A stretch of 64,000 nt of DNA from Bacillota bacterium (GTDB lineage Bacteria; Bacillota; Sulfobacillia; UBA8153): assembly GCA_040756655.1 (NCBI GenBank), contig JBFLYN010000010.1, forward strand, positions 1,068 through 65,067, written 5' to 3'. The notes beneath the pieces were generated by a model. It saw only the letters and a program-made list of their open reading frames with translations. It was not told the origin of the DNA and ran no database searches. Shown piece after piece: positions 29,589 through 39,274 of the stretch; the first letter of the stretch is position 1; each line of letters begins with the position of its first letter. Both the position numbers and the translations under genes were made by a program.

Positions 29589-30581
29589 GTGGGCGACCCG
29601 GCCTGGCTCGGTTCCATCCAACGGGATGTGCTGCCGGTGCTGGCCCCTCCGGTGCGCCGGGCGGTGGAAAGCTGGCTATCCACCGGCTCTCGGGCAGCAG
29701 TGGCTGGTCTTGAGGAACTGCGTCTTAGGCAGGAACGGCCGCTGGTGGCGGTCACCTGCGTGGGCGATATCATGCTGGATGCCAGCGGGCGCCGGGTGGG
29801 AGACCCGGGTGACGCGTTCTGTCCCTCCGCCACGGACGTGCAGGTAACCCTGCAACTGATGACCGGGTATTCTCTATATACCCGGGAGGAAGAGCTGCGC
29901 AGCCTGTTCTTGACCCTGTCCGGCGGCCACCGGGTGGGGTTGGCCGGCCGGACCCTGGTGGAAGGCGACCGCATTCGTGCTCTCCAGCACGTGGCTGCCC
30001 TGAGTATCCGGTTGGCCAGGGCGGTTACCGGGTGTGCCACCGGGCTCATCTCGTCCCTGGTGGTCGACCACATCCTGGGGAGTACCTTGGTGCTCTCACC
30101 ACCAGGGGCGGGCAAGACCACCTTGCTCCGGGACCTGGCGCGGCTGGCCAGCAACGGGTTACCGCCCATCCTCCGGTCCAGCCGGGTGGGGATAGTGGAC
30201 GAGCGGTCGGAACTGGCCGCTTGCTTGAATGGTGTGCCCCAGCTGGACGTAGGTTTCAACACTGACGTACTGGACGGGTGCCCTAAGGCCCAGGGCATAG
30301 CCTTGATGCTCAGGTGCCTTAACCCCCAGCTCATCGTCACCGACGAAGTGGGTAGACCCGAGGATGGCCGGGCCATTCTCGATGCCATCAACGCGGGAGT
30401 GCGAGTGCTAGTGAGCGCCCACGGGCGCGACTTGGAAGACATCGCCCGCCGCCCTGCGTTCAAGGAACTGCTCGAGCACGTACCTTTTGACCGGTTTGTA
30501 GTGATGTCCCGCCGGAGAGGGCCCGGCACCGTGGAGCGGGTCACCGCCCGCACCGAGCTAAAATCCAGGGCGGGGAGGTAG
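29589..30581 (+). CDS. spoIIIAA: stage III sporulation protein AA (AAA+ ATPase)
   Basis: Walker A PPGAGKTTLLRDLAR; start placed at the GTG preceded by GGGGAGG RBS (the ATG at 29523 lacks an RBS and abuts a CATAAAAT -10-like element); first gene of the spoIIIA operon. Confidence 0.75.
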   Translation: MGDPAWLGSIQRDVLPVLAPPVRRAVESWLSTGSRAAVAGLEELRLRQERPLVAVTCVGDIMLDASGRRVGDPGDAFCPSATDVQVTLQLMTGYSLYTREEELRSLFLTLSGGHRVGLAGRTLVEGDRIRALQHVAALSIRLARAVTGCATGLISSLVVDHILGSTLVLSPPGAGKTTLLRDLARLASNGLPPILRSSRVGIVDERSELAACLNGVPQLDVGFNTDVLDGCPKAQGIALMLRCLNPQLIVTDEVGRPEDGRAILDAINAGVRVLVSAHGRDLEDIARRPAFKELLEHVPFDRFVVMSRRRGPGTVERVTARTELKSRAGR

Positions 30582-30585
30582 TAGA

Positions 30586-31110
30586 TTGCTCCTTCTCAAA
30601 CTGGCCGGGGCCGTGTTGGTTGTAGGGGCCGGAGCTGCCCTGGGGCATGCAGTCTCCCAGCGCTACCGGCAGCGCCCCCGGGAGTTACAGCAATTCCAGC
30701 GTGCCCTGGAGCTTCTGGTTACCGAGATCTCCTATGCTGTAAGCCCACTGCCTCACGCCCTGGGCCGCGCGGGTGTCGGCACTACCTACCCGGTACGGGA
30801 GGTGTTCAGCGGCGCTGCCTCGCGGTTGGCCAGCGGCGGGCTGGTCACGGCTGGAGACGGCTGGACAGCGGCGTTGGACGCAGCGACCCCGGCTCTCTCG
30901 CTAAACGCGGCCGACCTGGAGATCATCCGCAGCCTGGGAGCGGTGTTCTCCATGCCCGGTGCGAGAGAGCAGGTGCGGCACCTGGAGCTGGCCTGCCGGC
31001 GGCTGGCCCAGCACGAATCCGCGGCCCGGGCCGATGAGTCCAGATACGCCCGGCTGGCTTTACAGCTGGGGGTGCTGGGGGCGCTGGCCCTGACCATCGT
31101 GCTTCTCTAG
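30586..31110 (+). CDS. spoIIIAB: stage III sporulation protein AB
   Basis: Size, single N-terminal TM, operon position. Confidence 0.7.
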   Translation: MLLLKLAGAVLVVGAGAALGHAVSQRYRQRPRELQQFQRALELLVTEISYAVSPLPHALGRAGVGTTYPVREVFSGAASRLASGGLVTAGDGWTAALDAATPALSLNAADLEIIRSLGAVFSMPGAREQVRHLELACRRLAQHESAARADESRYARLALQLGVLGALALTIVLL

Positions 31111-31127
31111 AGACAGGGGGAAAGGTC

Positions 31128-31325
31128 GTGAACATCAACCTCATCTTCCAAATCGCCGGAGTTGCCATCATCGTGTCGGCGCTGCACACCATGCTGAAGA
31201 TGGCGGGGAAAGAAGACTTCGCCTGGCTCTTGACCCTGGCCGGCATCGTCTTGGTGCTCACCATGGTGATCCGGGTCATCAGCGACTTTATGGATGCCGT
31301 AAAGACCATGTTCAACCTTTACTGA
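31128..31325 (+). CDS. spoIIIAC: stage III sporulation protein AC
   Basis: 65-aa two-TM protein; conserved MLKMAGKEDFAWLLTLAG region; operon position. Confidence 0.8.
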   Translation: MNINLIFQIAGVAIIVSALHTMLKMAGKEDFAWLLTLAGIVLVLTMVIRVISDFMDAVKTMFNLY

Positions 31326-31336
31326 CCCCGTGAGGT

Positions 31337-31729
31337 ATGCCCATGGAAATCGTGCAGATCGTTGCCTTCGGACTGGTGGCCGTGGCCATGCTGGCGCTTT
31401 TGCGGCAGCAGCGCCCGGAGTTTGCCGTACACCTTGCACTGGTGGCGGGAGTGGCCATCTTCCTGTTCCTCGTCCCCAAGCTCTTCCTCATCCTGGACTT
31501 GCTGGTGGACCTAGGGCAGCGAGCAGGCGTCAACCCGGTCTACATCGGCAGCATCCTGAAGATCCTGGGCATTGCTTACATCGCGGATTTCGGCGGCCAG
31601 ATCAGCCGCGATGCCGGCGAAAACGCTATCGCATCCCGTATCGAACTGGGCGGGAAGCTGCTCATTCTGTTACTGGCGCTGCCCATCGTCCGGGGGATAT
31701 TGGACATGGTTGCTCGATTGCTGGGGTGA
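31337..31729 (+). CDS. spoIIIAD: stage III sporulation protein AD
   Basis: 130-aa polytopic membrane protein; conserved GIAYIADFGGQISRDAGE region. Confidence 0.8.
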   Translation: MPMEIVQIVAFGLVAVAMLALLRQQRPEFAVHLALVAGVAIFLFLVPKLFLILDLLVDLGQRAGVNPVYIGSILKILGIAYIADFGGQISRDAGENAIASRIELGGKLLILLLALPIVRGILDMVARLLG

Positions 31730-31733
31730 GATT

Positions 31734-32882
31734 GTGAGGAACCTGCAAGGTGTGATCGTGATGGCCGTTTTGATCCTGTTGCTGGTGCCGGCCGCTAGCG
31801 CCGCGCCTGAACTAACCGGGCGCCTGGACGATCTGGACCTGCGGGCGGTGGAAGACTTCATGGCCGAACTCCAACGGGAGACCCGGGGATTTGCTCCGGT
31901 ACTGGACTGGCGGAACATGCTGGGCTCTCTCTTTACCCGTGGCCAGCCGCTGGATTACGGCGAACTGGGCTGGGGCATCGCCAGGTATTTCGCTGGTGAA
32001 CTTTGGCACAATTCTCGCCTGCTGGCGCAGCTTCTGGTGCTGGTGGTCACCTGTGCCCTCCTGGAGAACCTGCATTCGGCCCTGGCTGCCGATGGTGCCG
32101 GTCGGGTGGCGTATATTGCCTGCTACCTGGCGTTGGCGGCCATTGCCCTGGCTTCTTTCACCACCGCCATGGGACTGGCCCGCAGTGTCATCGAGCGCCT
32201 GACCCTGTTCATGAAAGCGCTGCTTCCCACCATGATCGCCTTACTGGCCAGCTCTGGGGCTCCGACCAGTGCCGCCCTGTTGCACCCGGTAGTGCTCACC
32301 CTGGTCTACGTCGTGTCCATGGTGGTATCGGACATCGTCTTCCCTCTGATTTATGCCACGGCCGTCCTGGACCTGGTAGGACACCTCTCGGACCGGTTCA
32401 AGATCAGTGGCATGGTCGACCTACTCAGGCAAGTTTCCCTGGGTGTGCTGGGTGTCACCCTTACCTTGTTCATCGGGGTCATGGCCGTGCAGCGCGTGGC
32501 GGGAGGCGTGGCCGACAGCGTCACGTTGCGGGCAGCCAAGTACGTGACGTCTACCTTTGTGCCGCTGGTAGGCAAGATTTTCGCCGACACCGTGGAGATG
32601 GTCTATGCCAGCTCATCTGCCTTACGCTCGGTCATGGGGGTGGCCGGGGCGGTGGTGATTTTCACCATGGTGGCCTTCCCGGTGGCCAAGATCGTGGCCC
32701 TGGTCTTGGTCTACCGGTTGGCCTCAGCTCTTGCCCAGCCCGTGGGAGGCAGCGCTGTAGCCGCTTGCCTGAGGAGCATCGCCGGTTCACTGGTGATGGC
32801 GGCGGTGGCCGTGGCCGCGGTGGCGGTCATGTTCATCATCGGCCTGGCCGTGATGGCCACGGCGTCCCGGCCGATCTTGTGA
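31734..32882 (+). CDS. spoIIIAE: stage III sporulation protein AE
   Basis: Signal peptide then polytopic membrane protein of about 380 aa; start taken after the spoIIIAD stop (the ORF-track N-terminus is an artefactual extension overlapping spoIIIAD). Confidence 0.75.
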   Translation: MRNLQGVIVMAVLILLLVPAASAAPELTGRLDDLDLRAVEDFMAELQRETRGFAPVLDWRNMLGSLFTRGQPLDYGELGWGIARYFAGELWHNSRLLAQLLVLVVTCALLENLHSALAADGAGRVAYIACYLALAAIALASFTTAMGLARSVIERLTLFMKALLPTMIALLASSGAPTSAALLHPVVLTLVYVVSMVVSDIVFPLIYATAVLDLVGHLSDRFKISGMVDLLRQVSLGVLGVTLTLFIGVMAVQRVAGGVADSVTLRAAKYVTSTFVPLVGKIFADTVEMVYASSSALRSVMGVAGAVVIFTMVAFPVAKIVALVLVYRLASALAQPVGGSAVAACLRSIAGSLVMAAVAVAAVAVMFIIGLAVMATASRPIL

Positions 32883-32895
32883 GGGGGCATGTAAC

Positions 32896-33381
32896 GTGGA
32901 TGCCATCTACCAGTGGGCCCGCACCGTGGCCATGGTGGTGCTGTTTGCCGCCATGGTGGAGCTGCTGTCCCCATCAGAAGCCATGGCCCGGTACCTGCGC
33001 CTGGTGCTTGGGCTGGTGGTGGTGCTGGCGGTGATGAGCCCGGCTTTGACCTTCCTTGACCGGCAGTGGGGCCCGGACCGGCTCCTGACCCTAATGCCAG
33101 CAGCCGCAGCTGCCGAGGTGGCCCGCACCGTCGAGACCAGCCTCACCCGTCAGGCCGAGGTGCTGGTAGGGAGCGTGGATGGGCTAAGCCACGTGCAGTG
33201 CCGGGTAGACCTGGGCCCGGACCTGAGACCTGTGCGGATCAGCGTGCGGGCGGACGCTGCCGTAGCGGATTTGGCGGGTACCGCGCGGGCCATTGCCGCC
33301 ACTCTCGCAGCCTATCACGGAATTTCCGAGCACCAGGTGGAAGTGAACTTGGCCCCGGCCCGGGGCCGGGACGGGAGGTAG
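32896..33381 (+). CDS. spoIIIAF: stage III sporulation protein AF
   Basis: Two N-terminal TM helices plus soluble domain; operon position. Confidence 0.7.
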   Translation: MDAIYQWARTVAMVVLFAAMVELLSPSEAMARYLRLVLGLVVVLAVMSPALTFLDRQWGPDRLLTLMPAAAAAEVARTVETSLTRQAEVLVGSVDGLSHVQCRVDLGPDLRPVRISVRADAAVADLAGTARAIAATLAAYHGISEHQVEVNLAPARGRDGR

Positions 33382-33387
33382 AACCAG

Positions 33388-33975
33388 ATGATGATGGGAG
33401 AGAGCTCTGGCTTTCCCCGCAGGTGGGACCGGCGCACTGTGAGACTGGCACTTCTGGTCGCGCTGGGAGTGGTCCTGCTGCTGGTGAGTTCCTGGCCGGT
33501 CCGCCGGCCCGCCCCGGCCGTGCCGCCCGTGAGCAGCCAGGCCGAACCGGGCACCGTCCACGAACTGCTCCTGTACCAACAGGCTCTCAGCCGGGAACTG
33601 GAATCCATCCTATCCCTGGTCCAAGGAGCCGGGCTAGTGCGGGTGCAGGTTACCCTGGCGGAATCGCCCCAGAACCAGCTGGCCACCAACAGCGCGACTA
33701 CGACCAGGCAAACCGAGGAGGGAGGCGGTGGCGGCACTCACCGCCAGGTGCAGGAAAGCACACAGGACCACCGCCCGGTGATGACCAGGAGCAGCAGCGG
33801 CCTGGAAGCCCCGGTGGTCACCGGCGTTCACGCTCCGGCCATCAAAGGCGTACTGGTAGTGGCAGAGGGTGGGGCCAATTCGCGGGTGCGGGCGGAGTTG
33901 ACCAGGGCCGTGTCTACCTTGTTGTCGTTACCCACCAACCGGGTAAAAGTACTTCCCATGAAGGCTGGTGATTGA
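33388..33975 (+). CDS. spoIIIAG: stage III sporulation protein AG (YscJ/FliF-like ring-forming protein)
   Basis: N-terminal TM, low-complexity linker, conserved C-terminal ring domain VTGVHAPAIKGVLVVAEGG...RAELTRAVSTLLSL. Confidence 0.75.
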   Translation: MMMGESSGFPRRWDRRTVRLALLVALGVVLLLVSSWPVRRPAPAVPPVSSQAEPGTVHELLLYQQALSRELESILSLVQGAGLVRVQVTLAESPQNQLATNSATTTRQTEEGGGGGTHRQVQESTQDHRPVMTRSSSGLEAPVVTGVHAPAIKGVLVVAEGGANSRVRAELTRAVSTLLSLPTNRVKVLPMKAGD

Positions 33976-34513
33976 CGTGTTTAGAACCTTCAACTGGAAA
34001 CGTGGCGGCGCCTTCCGCCTCCTCCTGTTCATGCTGGTAGTGTCCGGGATCCTGTTTTACGTCGCCTCCCGGCGTCCTGTGGACCAGAGCCGTGAGGACC
34101 CCGGCGTGATTACCATCCGGCCCATCGGGCCAGCCATTAGCCTGCCAGCAACTTCGCCCATCACCGAGTTTTTCGTGGACTACCGCCTGGAGAGGGACAG
34201 CACCCGCCAGCACCAGCTGGACCTGCTCCGAGAGATGATCGATAACCCCAACACCGATGAAAGCTCTAAAAAAGAAGCCAGCCGCAGGCTCCTGAGGATC
34301 GTGGACAACATCGGCCGGGAGCTGGAGATCGAAGGTCTGATCCGGGCCAAAGGGTATGAAGACGCGCTGGTCTTCCTCAACGACACCAGCGCCACCGTGG
34401 TGGTGAAGACGCCCCAGTTGGCAGCCGCGGATGTGTCGCGCATCGCGGATATCGTCATCCGTAACACCGGCCTAAAGCAGGACGCCATCAGTATCCTGTC
34501 TTTGCCCTACTAG
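33968..34513 (+). CDS. spoIIIAH: stage III sporulation protein AH
   Basis: N-terminal TM plus YscJ-like domain; GTG start overlapping the spoIIIAG stop; last gene of the operon. Confidence 0.7.
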   Translation: MIDVFRTFNWKRGGAFRLLLFMLVVSGILFYVASRRPVDQSREDPGVITIRPIGPAISLPATSPITEFFVDYRLERDSTRQHQLDLLREMIDNPNTDESSKKEASRRLLRIVDNIGRELEIEGLIRAKGYEDALVFLNDTSATVVVKTPQLAAADVSRIADIVIRNTGLKQDAISILSLPY

Positions 34514-35222
34514 AGATGGGAGCCAGCTGGCCGGTAGTCCGGGCAGGCATGCCCTTCCCTTGCCGTGCGGGAAACCGGGCCTGGTGACCCGGTGGGGAAG
34601 GCCGGGGCCCGGCGTCCAGCCTGGAGCCCAGGACCCAGAGCAGCCGGCGGTGTAGCGCACGCACCCGTGGGATGACCAGCCCGGAGGTACACGCAATACC
34701 GGCCGGATAGCCAAACCACTACCCCCCCGGGGTCAAGTGGCGGTAGGCCACGGGCCAGCGGTTCGACACTCTCCTTCCTCTCCCCGTAACCCGTTATCAG
34801 CCAAACCCCCGTGCGAGCAGGAGGCACCGGCATGCCGGACTCCCAGCGGTGCCGGCCGGGCCTTGCTCCGGGCAGGATTCCACCGCTGACTCTTTTTTTC
34901 CTGCCCGGCATCTCTTAAGGGTTTCTGGCCGAGTAGGTCACAAGATCACCACATTCTGCTGCTATACTGCAAGTTGCAGGATGCCGGCGACTGGAGTGCT
35001 GACCCGCTGGACAGGACCACCCAGAGAGCCCCGGTTTCTTCCATTATAGAGTGGAGGTCAGGACCATGCCCTGGCTATGCCAACCGGGCCGGTGCCGAGT
35101 CTGACTTCCCTCCCCGGTCTGCGTGGAGCTGGGTCTAAAGGCATGGGAGGGCGCGACCGCGGGTGCCGGAAACCCGGGGCAGCGGGCAGCCAGGGTGTCG
35201 GCGGAGTGGAGCGTGAGCGTGA

Positions 35223-36140
35223 ATGATCACGTCTAGAGGATACCGGCCCGGGGACGAAGACGGCATTGTCGCTCTTCTGAACCTGGTCTTTGGAGAAAAC
35301 CGCTCGGTCGAGTGGTGGAAATGGTACTACCTCCAGAATCCGGCCGGGGCCGCTGTTGCCCGGGTGGCCGTGGCGGACGACCAGATCGTGGGGTTCCGGG
35401 CAATGGTGCCCTATTACGTGGGCAGCGGGATGGAGCGGGTACTGGCATGCCAGGCCACTGATGCTGCCACCCATCCTGGTTACCGCAAAAGAGGCATCTT
35501 TCGTATTCTCACCAGCGAGGCCATTGAAGAAGCCAAGGCCCGGGGCTGGAGCTTCGTGTTCAGCTTCCCCAACACCCGCTCCTATCCACTGAACGCCAGG
35601 TATGGCTGGAGGCCAGTGGGCAGACCCCGCACCCACTTCCGGTGGCTGTCCGGTGCCGGTAGCATCGCCCGTAGCGGCCTTGACCAGTTCAGCTCCTTGG
35701 GTACCGGGTTCGAAGCACACTGCCAAAGGCCAGGACCGGCCGGGATGGCCCGGGTCTGCAAAGACGCCAGCTACCTTGACTGGAGGTACCTAAAGCACCC
35801 GGACCGGACCTACCGAGTGCTAGGTGCCGGGCTGGGAGGGGACGTGGAAGCCTACGCTGTGGTGCGCATGGACCGGGCCAGGCTACCGCGAGCCTACCTC
35901 TTGGAGTTTTCCCCAGGACAGCTGCCGCCCGCCCACTTCCTGTCCCGGATCGTAAGCTACCTGGCAGCGCACCGGGTCCGGCTCCTGGCTGCCTGGGATG
36001 GCACCATCCCAGGCGGCAACATGCTGGGTCTAGGATTCCTGCCCCATCCTTGGCGGTCAGGTATCCTTGCCGTGCGCGGGCTGAATGCTTTGCCTCCCAG
36101 CGCAATGGGGGTAACCATGGGAGATACGGACTATGCTTGA
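35223..36140 (+). CDS. GNAT-family acyl-CoA N-acyltransferase (two-domain, about 305 aa)
   Basis: GNAT motif A region HPGYRKRGIFRILTSEAIEEAKARG; preceded by GGAGTGGAG RBS. Confidence 0.55.
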   Translation: MITSRGYRPGDEDGIVALLNLVFGENRSVEWWKWYYLQNPAGAAVARVAVADDQIVGFRAMVPYYVGSGMERVLACQATDAATHPGYRKRGIFRILTSEAIEEAKARGWSFVFSFPNTRSYPLNARYGWRPVGRPRTHFRWLSGAGSIARSGLDQFSSLGTGFEAHCQRPGPAGMARVCKDASYLDWRYLKHPDRTYRVLGAGLGGDVEAYAVVRMDRARLPRAYLLEFSPGQLPPAHFLSRIVSYLAAHRVRLLAAWDGTIPGGNMLGLGFLPHPWRSGILAVRGLNALPPSAMGVTMGDTDYA

Positions 36141-36993
36141 CGTTTTGAAAGCGGAAGGAGCGACAGTGCGCACCATCCTCAAGAGGGTGGCGGCCGCGGT
36201 CATGCCCTCCCGTCCCCGGGCCGGCACTCCCATCCTGGCCTATCATTCGATTCACCCCACCCATCCCCTGGCGGTGAAACCACGGGAGTTTCGCTTACAG
36301 GTCGAGTGGCTGGTGAGCCATTACCGGGTAGTTCCTCTCTGTGAATACCTAAAGAGAAAGCGCGCCGGGACCCTGGAGGCCGGTACGGCCGCGGTGACTT
36401 TCGACGACGGGTACCAGGACAACTACACCCAAGCCTACCCGGTGCTCAAGGAGTTCGAGTGTCCGGCCACGCTGTTCGTGCCTACCCGCTTTGTGGAATG
36501 TGCCGGCGCACTGGGCGCCGAGCTGGGCCTTTTCCAAGGTCTTGAGCCCTTGACGTGGGATCAAATGCTCAAGATGAGTGACCTGGTGGAGATCGGGGCG
36601 CATACCCACTCCCATGTCCAGCTCTCCCGGGTGTCCTTGGATATTCTCGAGAGGGAACTCATTGCCAACCTGGAAGTGGTGTACCGCCGCATCAACCGGG
36701 TGCCCAGGTTCTTCTCCTACCCGTGGGGGCAGCGCCAGGATCTCGCCGCCGGTGGCGAGGCGTTGCTGCGGCGCTTCTTTGATGGTGCCGTGACTACATT
36801 GTTCGGCGCGGATAACCGTGCCCACCGGATCAGTCCTTTCCGTCTCAGGCGCGTCATGGTGGGTCCTGACGATGACCTAGCGGTGTTCGCCGCCAAGGCT
36901 TCCGGGGGACTCGACCGGGTAGTGGCGTTTCGAGATATCTTGACCCGGCTACACGGCGGGTGCGAGCAGCGCAATCACCGAATCCACGTGTAA
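36133..36993 (+). CDS. polysaccharide deacetylase (NodB homology domain)
   Basis: NodB motifs TFDDGY and HTHSH..L; ATGA-type overlap with the upstream GNAT gene. Confidence 0.75.
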   Translation: MLDVLKAEGATVRTILKRVAAAVMPSRPRAGTPILAYHSIHPTHPLAVKPREFRLQVEWLVSHYRVVPLCEYLKRKRAGTLEAGTAAVTFDDGYQDNYTQAYPVLKEFECPATLFVPTRFVECAGALGAELGLFQGLEPLTWDQMLKMSDLVEIGAHTHSHVQLSRVSLDILERELIANLEVVYRRINRVPRFFSYPWGQRQDLAAGGEALLRRFFDGAVTTLFGADNRAHRISPFRLRRVMVGPDDDLAVFAAKASGGLDRVVAFRDILTRLHGGCEQRNHRIHV

Positions 36994-37468
36994 GCAAGGT
37001 GGGTGCTGCCGCAGCGCCATTCAACCAGTGGCCATACGCTGACTGCGTGGCGTTCACCTACGGACCCCGGCCACGGGCAGGTACGCCGTGATCGCCGCCA
37101 TCGCTCACGCCCACACCCTCGCCAAGGCCAGGGCGGAACCGCCCCATTTCCCCACGCTTGCAGGTAGGTCGCGTCCGGCCCGTACCGGCAGGAACTTACG
37201 TCCAACGGTCTGGATGTCGCAGCCCCAGTGCGGGTCGGGGGGCCAAGCCGACTGGACTTCTGCTTCCGCCGTAAACCAGGACCTGTTCCGCCCGGGTTTT
37301 AGGCGCTGTGACGGGCCATACCGCCTCAATGCACGATGGGCACACATCTGCCGGCTCTGAGGCAACTACATGATGGCCATGCTCATGACTGGACTATGCC
37401 GTCGCGCTTCCTTACCGGAAGTGCCCGGCAAGGTCCAGGCGGGCGCCAGCTCTTGGCCAGCGCCGGGT

Positions 37469-37501
37469 TTCCTTGCCAACGGAGAGGGCTTTTCGTATAA
37501 T
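37469..37501 (+). promoter_or_regulatory. putative sigma-A promoter of the asp23 operon
   Basis: TTGCCA - 17 nt - TATAAT, 35 nt upstream of asp23. Confidence 0.4.
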
Positions 37502-37536
37502 AGACGTGACTGTAATCGAGGGATGGTGAACTCGCC

Positions 37537-37929
37537 ATGCAGCGGCCAGAGTCCCGGCCCTTTAACGACCTGGAAGAGATGAGCAGCGTCAAGATTGCCG
37601 ACGAGGTAGTGGCGGTCATAGCCGGAGTGGCGGCCTCCGAAGTGGGCGGCGTGGTCGGCATGTCCGGTGGCCTGGTGGGCGACATCGGCGAGATGCTAGG
37701 CAAGCGGAACCTCTCCAAAGGGGTCAAGGTCCTAGTCGGGGACAAGGAAACGGCCATTGATCTTTACATAATAGTCCAATACGGGGCCTGCATTCCCGAC
37801 GTAGCCCACAAAGTGCAACAGAACGTCAAGAGTGCCGTGGAGGTCATGACTGGCCTGCGGGTAGTGGAAGTCAACATCCACGTCCAGGGCGTCGCTTTCC
37901 CGGCCGAAGAGAGGGAGGATGCCAGGTGA
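37537..37929 (+). CDS. asp23: Asp23/Gls24-family alkaline shock protein
   Basis: Family-typical IADEVVAVIAGVAASEVGGVVGM...VEVNIHVQGV. Confidence 0.85.
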   Translation: MQRPESRPFNDLEEMSSVKIADEVVAVIAGVAASEVGGVVGMSGGLVGDIGEMLGKRNLSKGVKVLVGDKETAIDLYIIVQYGACIPDVAHKVQQNVKSAVEVMTGLRVVEVNIHVQGVAFPAEEREDAR

Positions 37930-38459
37930 CAGTTTACGACCGCATGCTATTAGCCGTTTTCAGCCTGGCCATCGCCTTTTTATCTGTCATGGGCTTTCTG
38001 GCCACCCTGGGCATGACATGGTCATTGGGATGGGTAGCCACGCTCATGGAAAGACCGGTGCTGCTGACGCTGGTGAACCTATTCTTCCTTGGTGCGAGCC
38101 TTAGGTTCCTGTACCTGGGCCTGAGGCGCCGTTACACCGGCGGGACGCTGGTGTACCCCGGTGCGGCCGGCGAGATCCGCGTAGCACTGTCCGCCGTGGA
38201 AAACCTGGTGCGCAAGGTCGCTGCCGGTGTGGCCGGAGTCCGAGACATCAAGGCCGAGGTAGAAAGGACCCGGGATGCCAAACTGCGCATCCTGGTACGG
38301 GCCACGGTGAGCCCGGACGCCAACATCCCCGAAGTATCTAACCAGCTCCACCGGGTCATATCCGGTTACGTCAAGGATGTGGTGGGTGTGACCGTGGAGG
38401 AGATCCGTATTTACGTGGTGAACATCGCCGACGGTCCCAGGCGGGGGCGGGTGGAGTAA
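37926..38459 (+). CDS. amaP: alkaline shock response membrane anchor protein AmaP-like
   Basis: Two N-terminal TM helices plus soluble domain; immediately downstream of asp23. Confidence 0.6.
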   Translation: MTVYDRMLLAVFSLAIAFLSVMGFLATLGMTWSLGWVATLMERPVLLTLVNLFFLGASLRFLYLGLRRRYTGGTLVYPGAAGEIRVALSAVENLVRKVAAGVAGVRDIKAEVERTRDAKLRILVRATVSPDANIPEVSNQLHRVISGYVKDVVGVTVEEIRIYVVNIADGPRRGRVE

Positions 38460-38460
38460 C

Positions 38461-38721
38461 ATGGATGATCAGGATAACTCCGGTCTTCCCCGAGGGTGGC
38501 TTCTGGTCGCCGAGGTCATGACCCGTCACCGGGGCAAGCTCACCGGGTCACTGCTGGGGCTGGTGTTGGCGGTGATGATCATGAGGGTCGGGCCCTGGTG
38601 GACCGGGTTCATCGCCTTGAGTGTCTACGTTGGCTACCGACTGGGCAAACAAGTAGATGATGAGAAAGAAACCCTTTTTGAGATCATCGAGAAATACCTG
38701 CCCCCCGGAGGCAGCCGGTAG
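38461..38721 (+). CDS. DUF2273 small membrane protein
   Basis: 86 aa, two TM helices; third gene of the asp23 module as in many Firmicutes. Confidence 0.5.
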   Translation: MDDQDNSGLPRGWLLVAEVMTRHRGKLTGSLLGLVLAVMIMRVGPWWTGFIALSVYVGYRLGKQVDDEKETLFEIIEKYLPPGGSR

Positions 38722-38744
38722 GCAGGGGAAACAGGAGCCAAAGG

Positions 38745-39155
38745 ATGCGGAGGAGACTCGCCCGGGAGGTCGCGCTCAAGACCCTGTTCCAGGTTGACAC
38801 CGGTGCGCAACCTTTCGCTTCAGCCTTGGCATTTGCCTTGGAGCCGGACCTAGACGTTTCCGTCAGGGAATTTGCCGAAAAACTTGCCAGGGGAGTGCTG
38901 GATACGCTACCCCGGCTGGATGCAGTCATAGGTGAGCACTCATCGGGCTGGAGCCTAAAACGCATGGCCATCGTGGACAGGAACATCCTGCGGATTGGGT
39001 GTTATGAGCTTTTGCATGTAGAGGGCCAGCCTCCGGGGGTGGCCATCAACGAGGCGGTGGAGCTGGCCAAGAAGTTTGGGAGTGCGGAAACCCCCAAGTT
39101 CGTAAATGGGGTGCTGGGTGCCATAGCCAGGCAGGCCGAGGTCAAGGTGGACTAG
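38745..39155 (+). CDS. nusB: transcription antitermination factor NusB
   Basis: N-terminus RRLAREVALKTLFQVD; 136 aa. Confidence 0.9.
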   Translation: MRRRLAREVALKTLFQVDTGAQPFASALAFALEPDLDVSVREFAEKLARGVLDTLPRLDAVIGEHSSGWSLKRMAIVDRNILRIGCYELLHVEGQPPGVAINEAVELAKKFGSAETPKFVNGVLGAIARQAEVKVD

Positions 39156-39274
39156 ATCGGCTGCCTTTCGGCTTTCTTGCAGGAGGATATGCAGACCGGG
39201 CGGCGAAGATCAAAGGGTTGTAGTGTTATATACGAGCCGCTGGCTAGCTAGGAGGAGGCGAACGAGGAAGAGGC

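Noticed and set aside
29426-30553. 375-aa minus-strand ORF
   Set aside because: Antisense to spoIIIAA (Walker A supported); Ser/Arg/Pro-rich artefact.
32003-33971. Two long + ORFs (343 and 301 aa) in alternative frames over spoIIIAE-AG
   Set aside because: Gly/Arg/Pro-rich frames; the annotated frames give conserved SpoIIIA membrane proteins.
37000-37460. 470-nt ORF-free stretch upstream of the asp23 promoter, with 90-aa and 86-aa overlapping ORFs on opposite strands
   Set aside because: The ORFs are mutually antisense and compositionally artefactual. No RNA motif was recognised. Likely spacer or decayed sequence; kept only as a low-priority note.
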